From Octopus sinensis (taxonomy: Eukaryota): 17,575 nt of DNA. Below, piece after piece: positions 1 to 7,849 of the stretch. Both the position numbers and the translations under genes were made by a program. Numbering within the stretch: the stretch's first letter is position 1; each line of letters starts with the position of its first letter. The notes below the pieces were generated by a model that saw only the letters and a list, made by a program, of their open reading frames with translations, was not told where the DNA came from and did no database searches. The DNA is taken from the NCBI RefSeq assembly GCF_006345805.1, contig NW_021824775.1, positions 1 through 17,575 on the forward strand. The letters run 5' to 3'.

Positions 1-458
1 GGTTGCGTTAATTACTGGTTGTACAAATTGTTACGTTACATATATACAGCCTTTGGTAACAGGGACATGTTAAGGACATAAAAAGTTCAACAGTTCCTTA
101 AAATATTGGGCACAAAGATTACAACATAATAATCATTCTCAAGGACATGCTTAATATAGTTTCCAGAAGGAATTGATTTGGTATTGGTATTGTATCTGTA
201 TTTCAAACATGCACAGAATATTGGTTGACACAGAGTACTACAACCATATAAATATACATTCTTTGTGACAAGAGTATGTTGAGAATATAAAAAAGTTTAA
301 CAAGCTCATTGAATAATGGGCAGAAAAGATTACAACAAATATATATACATTCTCAGATAATTTCCAGAAAGGAATTATTAAAAAGTTCAGTATACACGTA
401 CAGAATATTATGAGTTCAAAAAGATTTCACATATAATAGTAGTGAAGCTAAAAATGAC
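1..458. repeat. Left arm of a long inverted duplication (partner 931-1392); may extend left of the window
   Basis: 1-14 GGTTGCGTTAATTA is the reverse complement of 1379-1392. 429-458 (…AGTAGTGAAGCTAAAAATGAC) is the reverse complement of 931 onward. The arms are colinear throughout and differ mainly by 1-nt indels. Confidence 0.95.
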
Positions 459-600
459 TGTCCGCCATGGTAGCGTAAAAGAATATTATCTATTTCAGGG
501 GACACAGTAGGTGTGTTTTGGTTGGGGGAAAAGGAGTAAGTGGAACTGAAAAGAATTTACCCTTTTTTTTGTCTCTCTCAAGTATTAATGATTTAGGGGT

Positions 601-930
601 CAGGATGGGGTGAGTGTGTATGTCTTGTGTGTGTGGTGTGTATATATACATATGTGGTGTGAATAGATGTGTGTGTGTGTGTATATATCATATGTGTGTG
701 ATAGGTGTGTGTGTTTGTAAGATCTGGTAGGATGGTGTGTGTATATGTGTGTCCGTTTGTCAACCGCGTGTGTGGTTGTCTTGGTGTTGTGTGTGTGTGT
801 TGTGTGTGGATGTATGTTATCGTGTGGATGGCATTTGGCATGGTGCTGCGTGTGTATATGTGTGTCTGTATGGAGGTCAGATTGGTGTGAGTGTGTGTGT
901 GTCTTTTGTGTGTGGTGTATATTATCATAT
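601..930. repeat. Degenerate (GT)n/(TA)n microsatellite tract forming most of the spacer of the inverted duplication
   Basis: Interrupted GTGTGT runs; source of the H/T- and V/C-rich spurious ORFs. Confidence 0.9.
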
Positions 931-1530
931 GTCATTTTTAGCTTCACTACTATTATAATGTAAATCTTTTGAACTCATAATATTCTGTACGTGTATACTG
1001 AACTTTTTTAATAATTCCTTCTGGAAATTATCTTGAGAATGTATAATATATTTGTTGTAATCTTTTTGCTGCCCATTATTTCAATGAGCTTGTTAAACTT
1101 TTTTATATTCTCAACATGCTCTTGTCACCAAAGAATGTATATTATGGATTGTAGTACTCTGTGTCAACCAATATTCTGTGCATGTTTGAATATACAGATA
1201 CAATACCATACCAATATCATTCCTCTGGAAACTATCCTAAGCATGTCCTTGAGAATGATTATTTATGTAGTAATCGTTTGTGCCCAATATTTTAAGGAAC
1301 TTGTTGAACTTTCTTATGTCCTTAACATGTCCCTGCTACCAAAGACTGTATAGTAATGTAGCAATTTGTAACAACCAATAATTAACGCAACCAAACTTCT
1401 ACATGTTACTTTTGAACAATCTTTTTCCAAAGAGTGAAACCGGTAAAGTAATAAACATCTTTTAAATTGAATTTTCAAACCTTCTTCGTATATAATTCCA
1501 CTCGTGCGGTACCCCACAACTCCACTTGTT
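931..1530 (+). mobile_element. Right arm of the inverted duplication plus hammerhead-bearing end; probable Penelope-like pseudo-LTR fragment
   Basis: Inverted match to 1-458. Degenerate hammerhead at 1403-1458. Tail motifs CCACTCGT (1498-1505) and CAACTCCA (1517-1524) are shared with other hammerhead cassettes in the window. Ends at a TA microsatellite. Confidence 0.55.
1403..1458 (+). ncRNA. Degenerate minimal type I hammerhead ribozyme (HHR0)
   Basis: Stem I TTACTT(1406-1411)/AAGTAA(1446-1451). Core TTGAACA (1412-1418; consensus CTGANGA, 2 changes). Stem II A-TCTTT-ttcc-AAAGA-gT. GAAAC-CG-GTA (1436-1445) with palindromic ACCGGT stem III. Confidence 0.55.
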
Positions 1531-1562
1531 TTTATATAATAATAATATATATATATATATAT

Positions 1563-1598
<36 letters not shown>

Positions 1599-1686
1599 GT
1601 AACGGGTACTTAATATTATATATATATATATATATATATTAATATACATATGTGTGTATATACATATGTGTGGTGTATATATATAG

Positions 1687-1732
<46 letters not shown>

Positions 1733-1735
1733 ATA

Positions 1736-1768
<33 letters not shown>

Positions 1769-1786
1769 ATGCGTGTGTTGTTTATG
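1531..1786. repeat. Compound (TA)n/(TG)n/(CA)n microsatellite
   Basis: Directly visible dinucleotide runs. Confidence 0.95.
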
Positions 1787-1980
1787 TGTTTGTGTTTGTC
1801 CCCCAACATCACTTGACAACCGATGCTGGTGTGTTTACGTGCCCGCAACCTAGCGGTTCGGCATAAGAGACCGATAGAATAAGTTCTAGGCTTACAAAGA
1901 ATAAGTCCTGGGGTCGATTTGTTCGAGTAAAGGCGGTGCTCCAGCATGGTCACAGTCAAATGACTGAAATAAGTAAAAGT
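1787..1980 (+). mobile_element. SINE family 1, 3' half only
   Basis: Matches 9950-10135 (TGTTTGTCCCC…GACAACCGATGCTGGTGTGTTTACG…GGCGGTGCTCCAGCATGG…CAGTCAAATGACTGAAA). Confidence 0.9.
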
Positions 1981-1993
1981 GTAAAACTGTATG

Positions 1994-2031
<38 letters not shown>

Positions 2032-2056
2032 TATAAACCTTTTTTAAAAAATTCTT

Positions 2057-2246
2057 TTGTTTCAGTCATTTGACTGCGGCCATGCTGGAACACCGCCTTT
2101 AGTCGAAGAAACTGACCCCAGGACTTATTATAAGCCTACTACTTATTCTATCCGTCTGTTTTGCCGAACCGCTAAGTTACGAGGACGTAAACACGCCAAA
2201 ATCGGTTGTCAAGCGATGGTTGGGGGACAAACACAGACACACAAAT

Positions 2247-2277
<31 letters not shown>

Positions 2278-2700
2278 TACATACATACATACATACATAT
2301 TCTGTTGTAAGGCTTCATTTCCAAATGCACCAGCTAAATTCAATTCATCCTTAGTCGAAAGATACCTGTTGTTATATCCTGTTATCACTTTTGTTGTATT
2401 TTTATTGTATTTATATTTGTGTAACTTTGTACGTTTTTTCCGTCCTTGTTTTATTGTATACATTCGCTGCTTTCTTCCAAGGAATCTAATGCTCTTAGCT
2501 TAGTTTTTCCTTGGGCTGGCCAGACAGGAGCGATCTTAAGAATAATCAGCCGAAGTTGCGAGGATAATCTGGTGCTTGACTGAGAATAGAGGGCTTCGAA
2601 TGACCCGTCTTTGTTTTCTTTGTATCGCCTATCTGGATGTTTTGATGTCACTTTTGTATCACCTAGCTGTCCGGATGTTTTGTGCTCAGGTCCCATTTTG

Positions 2701-2756
<56 letters not shown>

Positions 2757-2917
2757 GAAGGACTTCTCTCAGCTTCCGTCTACCAAATCTACTCACAAGG
2801 GCTTTGGTCGGCTCAAGACAATAGTAGAAGACACTTGCCCAAGGTGCCACGCAGTGGGACTGAACCCAACTATGTGGTTGGTGAGCAAGCTACTTACCAC
2901 ACAGTCACTCCTGCGCC
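2057..2917 (-). mobile_element. SINE family 1, complete but split by an insertion in its central microsatellite (tail 2057-2250, head 2754-2917)
   Basis: Head is the reverse complement of 9748-9900 (A box, B box, CTTGGGCAAG CORE-like motif). Tail is the reverse complement of 9950-10135. Unrelated repeat at 2300-2700 lies between two microsatellite halves. Confidence 0.85.
2300..2700 (+). mobile_element. Unclassified dispersed repeat X, copy 1 (strand arbitrary)
   Basis: Shares colinear blocks with the reverse complement of 7850-8160: TACATTCGCT, AATCTAATGCTCTTAGCTTAG, CGAATGACCCG. Flanked by microsatellites on both sides. Confidence 0.75.
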
Positions 2918-3069
2918 AATGTATGTATAGATTAAAAATGGGGAAGGCTGGCTTATGGGATTACCTTAGGTGTCTCGTCCGTAAAGGGTTTAGCTTTCTA
3001 GGTACTCAAGCAGTGTTTCCTTGGATGCAACCATCCCTTCACGAGGTTAACCTATCCTCTAATTAAATT

Positions 3070-3170
3070 TTATATATATATATGTGTGTGTGGTGTGTAT
3101 GATATATGTATATGTATTGTATATACATATTTTGTATATATATGCATTTATATACATTATATATTATATA

Positions 3171-3215
<45 letters not shown>

Positions 3216-3252
3216 TATATATATAATATATATATATGTATATATTTATATA
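3070..3252. repeat. (TA)n-rich microsatellite
   Basis: Directly visible. Confidence 0.95.
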
Positions 3253-3344
3253 AGATTAGCTCGTATACGAGTGGGTATATATTTGTAAAAAATGAAGTTC
3301 AAAAATGCTGCTATATTAGACAAATTTTTAATTTTTATATATAC

Positions 3345-3400
3345 CTTATTTATTTAACATGTTTCGGTTCTTGAAATGATGAACCTTATCAAAAAAATTA
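3345..3400 (-). ncRNA. Degenerate minimal type I hammerhead ribozyme (HHR1)
   Basis: Minus strand TTGATAA-GGTTC-atcatttcaa-GAACC-GAAAC-AT-GTT: perfect 5-bp stem II with G10.1-C11.1, palindromic ACATGT stem III. The core differs from CTGATGA at 2 positions. Confidence 0.7.
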
Positions 3401-3654
3401 TATATAAAAAAGATAGTTCATGCTATCAAATATAAAAAAATTCATATATAATATACAATAGAGTCAGACATCAAAAGTTTATATATAGTGAAGTGAGTTC
3501 ATGCTATATGTTTACAGAGTATGATGTAGTAGTTCATAGTGGTGATATGCATTCAATATAAAAAATTGATGTTCTTGAAAAAGCGAAGAATTCATTTCAG
3601 ATTTTACCTTGAGCAACTGTGATGACTTTTGGTCAGTGTCCGCTCGGACAGTTC

Positions 3655-3686
3655 TGACGAACCTTGTGAATTGTTTGGGTTTTATA
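3655..3686 (-). promoter_or_regulatory. Candidate Pol II core promoter: TATA box plus initiator
   Basis: Minus-strand TATAAAA at 3686-3680 and TCAGA with the A at 3655, 31 nt from the TATA start. Lies directly downstream of the CRE/CCAAT array. Confidence 0.5.
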
Positions 3687-3692
3687 TCACCT

Positions 3693-4001
3693 GTTAGGTG
3701 GCCAGTCCAGCGGAACGAGACGTCATCAACGTTTTGACCAATCGTTTCGTTAGGTGGCTAGTCAAGCAGAACGGGACGTCATCAATATTCTGACCAATCA
3801 GAATCGGGTCCGACCTATAGCTGTATTAGATATGCCCCTTGTCTGTATCCTGTTTGGTGGCCAGTCCAGCGTAACGGGACGTCATCACTGTTTTGACCAA
3901 TCATCCCGTTAGGTGGCCAGTCCAGCAGAACGAGACGTCATCAATGTGTTGACCAATCAGAATCGGGTCTGACCCTTAGCTGTATCGTATGTGGCCAGTC
4001 C
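3693..4001. repeat. Higher-order tandem repeat: four 56-bp units (starts 3693, 3749, 3852, 3908) arranged as two dimers with 159-bp period, plus a partial fifth; each unit carries GACGTCAT and GACCAATC
   Basis: Unit GTTAGGTGGCCAGTCCAGCNGAACGRGACGTCATCAN8TGACCAATC read directly. Confidence 0.95.
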
Positions 4002-4148
4002 ATCAGGATTAGATCTGTTCGAAGAGATCTTTTTATAAATTTTTTTCCCCTTTTCCCTAAGACATATTTCCGTCAGTGTGAGTGACTGTTTAAGGTCGCG
4101 GCCGTGGTGGAATTTTGCTTCTCCTTTTCGGAGGAACAATCTTTTGTT

Positions 4149-4417
4149 TTAATATTCCTGGCCCAGGATGTTTAAACTTGGTCTAAATTTTTTTGATGAA
4201 ATACAGTTCTTTATTTTGGCGTTGCGTGAAGGTTGCGTTGTCACTGAATTTATAAAGCGGGTAAGTTGTAAATTTCGGATTTTACATTTCCAGCACATCT
4301 ATCTATGTGTCCGCTGACTGGTATTTTCCGGTATTCAGGGTTTCTAATTTGTGATTTATGCACCGCCATCCTGTTACGTAAGCTATTTTTTGTATGGCCT
4401 ATATACTGCCTATTGCA
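4149..4417 (-). pseudogene. GIY-YIG endonuclease C-terminal portion of a Penelope-like element ORF (two +1 frameshifts)
   Basis: CNRQYIGHTKNSLRNRMAVHKSQIRNPEYRKIPVSGHIDRCAGNV / NPKFTTYPLYKFSDNATFTQRQNKELYFIKK / FRPSLNILGQEY*. YIG motif, catalytic-type R and E, terminal PxLN, and C/H/H zinc ligands are typical of PLE endonucleases. Confidence 0.9.
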
Positions 4418-4500
4418 GTATATATGTATATATATATATGTATATATATATAGATATATGTATATCTCAAGTCATATACGTTATTATTATTGGAACAAAA

Positions 4501-4567
4501 ATTCAAAGTCTTACGGCTGTTTCTTGGATATCCCAAAGTATAGGATACTCCGTCATCAGAGAGGAAT
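4501..4567 (-). ncRNA. Type I hammerhead ribozyme motif (HHR2), core intact, helices partly degenerate
   Basis: Minus strand ATTC-C-TCT CTGATGA cGGAgTATCC-tatacttt-GGGATATCC-aa GAAAC-AGCC-GTA AGA-cttt-GAAT. Stem I is TCT/AGA plus ATTC/GAAT. Predicted cleavage between 4512 and 4511. Confidence 0.75.
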
Positions 4568-4807
4568 AGGGTAGATGAGAAGGATATAGATTAATGAAAT
4601 GACGACATAGAGGACAGAAGCGAAGGAATAAGGAGATGAAGAAAGAGAAGAAAAAGGAAGCGTAAATCTAAGACAGTTCAACTTAAGAAGGAATTTAATA
4701 AAATGATTTTAAAATTAGATATAAAGAAACTTGAATCACATCTTATCAAATGCCAGTAAAAATTTATATAAATTTGAAGTAAAACCAGCTTATCGTCTGT
4801 TTAAGGG

Positions 4808-5200
4808 TCAAAAGCATGTCAGAGACATGCGAAGTTGGCCAAATGCGCTAGCTGCTGTTGCAAACATGTTGACGATTTCATCATCAAGAGAAGCGCTTCA
4901 GTTTACTTTACGACCGAGAAAAGCAAATGTTTTCACACACTCCTTGCCACCAACCAATGTAGGAGTGTCAGGGAAATCATGGACCGTTGGCCTCAGCTTC
5001 ACAACTCGAATTTTTGCTTAGGTGTAGGCCAATGCGGGTGGATCAATCCTGCCTTTTGTTTTGCTGATGGTCGAGCCAAAGGCTTTACACACAGTAGAAA
5101 ACCGTTCAAGAAGTTCGCAAGCTTTCTCTAAGGATGTCACTGCTAATGAGGCAGCATCTGTTGTTACAAGTGCAGCATTCATCAACATATATCGGGTCAT
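4808..5200 (-). pseudogene. Degenerate RTE-clade LINE reverse transcriptase fragment (C-terminal RT/thumb region)
   Basis: A single frame with internal stops: DAASLAVTSLEKACELLERFSTVCKAFGSTISKTK…KTFAFLGRKVN*SASLDDEIVNMFATAASAFGQL, matching the RTE pattern DDAAL…RFS.AC..FGLTIS.KK…F.YLGS…SLD.EI..RI..A..AFG.L. Confidence 0.8.
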
Positions 5201-5280
5201 CCCATAAATAATGCGGTTTTGTTTCTACTTCTTTTTATTTTTTAAAATTAAGATAAACAAATTTCTTTTTTAGTCTAAAA

Positions 5281-5789
5281 CTAGCAGTATCGCCCGGCGT
5301 TGCTCGGGTTTGTAAGGGAAATAACTATATAAGCATTTTTAGAGAGTTACTTCCTTTATAGATGCCAATTCGGGCTTTCTTAGCCATTTCTGTTTGGTGT
5401 CTTCAAGCCATGGAGTCGTTGTTCTAAAAGAACGCTGGTCTCCTTGACACGCATTACGACGTTGATTTCCTTACACTCCCTTCCCCACAGCTTCACGAGG
5501 AGGGAAAGAAGAGGGAGAAGCAAACAGGTGCAGGCGTGCGTGGACGCCAACTCCGCCGCCATCGACACACGAAAAATTATGCATTAAAATGGAATAAAAA
5601 ATTATGTTAAATTATTTTTAAAATCGTAGACTCATCGTAGACGCGCGCTAATACCCAGAAGGGCTCGATATGAATCACGACTATCAGATACCCGAATTTG
5701 GTTAAACTGCACCGCAAAATGTGAGAGGAGTTAGGAATCTAAATCGTAGGAGACAGACACTCACACAACTACAGTTTTATATATATAGA
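5281..5789 (-). mobile_element. Non-autonomous Helitron
   Basis: On the minus strand it starts A|TC (5790|5789-5788) and ends with the hairpin CCCGAGC-AAC-GCCGGG then CTAG|T (5284-5281|5280). Homologous to 13707-14105. Confidence 0.85.
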
Positions 5790-6009
5790 TATACTCTTCT
5801 TCATTTTCTGGTAGACTTTCGAAATTCACTTTTCCTCGTCTACGAAATTCATATTTTTTCCGTCCAAATAATTTTGAAGACTGCAGAGTAAATGATAATC
5901 AGATGGGGCAATGTCTGGTAAATATGATGGGCGAGGCATCGTTTCCTATTCAAATTGCTGCAGCTTTTGAAATGTCATCCTCGATGTATGTGACCGAGCA
6001 TTATCTTTA

Positions 6010-6710
6010 TATACATACGTGTGTGTGTTTATGCATGCATGTATGTATGTGTGTATGTATGTATGTGTGTGTGTATGTATGTATGTATGTATGTATGTAT
6101 GCGTGTATGTATGTATGTGTGTGTGTATGTATGTATGTGTGTGTGTATGTATGTATGTATGTATGTATGTATGTATGTATGTGTGTGTGTATGTATGTAT
6201 GTATGTATGTATATATGTATGTATGTATGCGTGTATGTATGTATGTATGTATATGTTCATGTATATATATATACATATGTATGTATATATATGCATGTAC
6301 ATGAGTATGTATCTATACGTAGGTATGTATATATGTATATATATACGCATGTATGTATATATGCATAAATATCTATCTATATATATATATATATATATAC
6401 GTATGCATGTATGTATATATATATACATGTGTATATGTATATATGCACATGGATGTGTGTGTATATATGTATATGTATGCATGTATTTATATATATATAT
6501 ATGTATAAATGTATGTATATATATATATGTAGGTATGTATATATATATATATGTATGTATATATACATATATATGTATGTATATATATATGTGCATATAT
6601 GTATGCATGTTATATATGAATGTATGTATGTATGTGTGTATGTATTATGTATATGTATGAATACATACATACATAACATTATATGCACACACACACACCA
6701 CACACACAAA
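6010..6710. repeat. Long compound (TATG)n/(TA)n/(TG)n microsatellite
   Basis: Directly visible; source of the MYVC/HTYI ORFs. Confidence 0.97.
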
Positions 6711-6795
6711 GCTTTTCCCTTTCAATGTTTTGTTGATAAGCTTTTGTTTGACGTAGATCCTTTTCCGATCACTAGCCTTGTGTTATTTCCGATTG

Positions 6796-7030
6796 GTGGC
6801 GGTGGTACTGGTGGTGGTGGTGGTGTGGTGGTGGTGGTGGTTGTGGTGGTGGTGGTTGTGGTGGTGATGGTGGTGGTGATGGTGGTGGTGGTGCTGGCGA
6901 TGGTGATGGTTGTGATGGTGGTGGTGGTGGTGGTGGTGGTAGTAGTGATAGCAGTGGTTGTGGTGGTTGTGGCGGTGGTATTAGTGGTAGTGGTAGTAGT
7001 AGTAGTAGTAGTGGTGGTGGTGGTGGTCAT
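6796..7030. repeat. (GGT)n/(GTA)n trinucleotide microsatellite
   Basis: Directly visible; gives the poly-Val and poly-Thr ORFs. Confidence 0.95.
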
Positions 7031-7134
7031 CGTCGTGGCCGTATTCGTGGTGGCCTTGGCGGTGGCGATATAAAGACAATGCTATTGTCTCCCTCTTAAT
7101 CTTTGTGCCACCACCTCTTTCGACTTGTGGCTCG

Positions 7135-7490
7135 AATGCACACACACACATACATACACATGCATTTTCACACACACACGTACGTACACATGCATATATA
7201 CACACACCACACACACACAAGAAATCATTTTTCAAAACAAAACAAGAAATCACTGTTTATCACTTTTGTTTATAAAACAGAAATTTTTACAAGTACCTGC
7301 TTTCATATATATATATGCGTATACATATATATCATGGATGTATATCTATGTATGCATGCATGCATGCATGTTTGCACACAGGCACATAATTATATATATA
7401 CATATAAATATATATATACACAAACACATATATACACACACAAGGACACACACACACACACACACATATATATACATATAAATATAAGTA
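7135..7490. repeat. Interrupted (CA)n/(TA)n microsatellite region
   Basis: Directly visible. Confidence 0.85.
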
Positions 7491-7494
7491 TATG

Positions 7495-7815
7495 AAAGAA
7501 TGGAGTTGAACGACTAGTTAACAAATATCCTTTATTCTCGACTTTTGTTTCGAAGGCTGCATATTTCTAATTCCGAAGGAATAAGGAGTACATTATGCAG
7601 ATTTCTCATCAGGAAAATCAAGGAACTTATGTCGAAATCAAAATGCACAAAAAACTTTTAGCTGACCGCTCTCAAGGAGCCCATGGCGATAATGAGTGTC
7701 TCTTTTATATATTACCGTCCCGGGTATAACCTTGGAGCCCTAGTAATCCGTTACACCACTTACCTAGTGTACGTAGTCGTTAAGATCACTGGTGAACAAA
7801 TCCCCATATTTTGTA
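7495..7815 (-). mobile_element. About 320-bp TATA plus hammerhead cassette between microsatellites; probable solo PLE pseudo-LTR or non-autonomous derivative
   Basis: TATATAAAAG at 7711-7702 (minus), intact hammerhead at 7623-7529, terminal CAACTCCA (7508-7501) shared with the 931-1530 cassette. No coding remnant recognised. Confidence 0.65.
7529..7623 (-). ncRNA. Intact type I hammerhead ribozyme (HHR3)
   Basis: Stem I CCTTGATTTTC/GAGAATAAAGG (10 of 11 paired, one G.U). Core CTGATGA (7612-7606). Stem II GAA/TTC plus CTGCATA/TATGCAG. GAAAC-AAAA-GTC; predicted cleavage between 7540 and 7539. Confidence 0.88.
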
Positions 7816-7849
7816 TGTATATGTATATATATGTATATATTAAATGGAA

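Larger units (their letters stand above)
3253..4417 (-). mobile_element. 5'-truncated Penelope-like retroelement with C-terminal GIY-YIG endonuclease: endonuclease end, 3'UTR/pseudo-LTR with promoter repeats, hammerhead, tail
   Basis: GIY-YIG translation at 4417-4149, hammerhead-like motif at 3392-3356, TA microsatellites at both ends. Hammerheads in pseudo-LTRs are an established PLE trait. Confidence 0.85.

Noticed and set aside
2578-2612. Hammerhead-like CTGAGAA…CGAATGACCCGTC in repeat X (CTGCAGA…CGAATGACCCGCC in copy 2)
   Set aside because: GAAT instead of GAAA, no foldable stem II and no stem I. The conservation is notable but does not meet the motif.
6411-7073. Poly-Val ORF (+) and poly-Thr/Pro mucin-like ORF (6722-7030, -)
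   Set aside because: Both strands are open only because (GGT)n lacks stops. No flanking coding context or credible splice sites.
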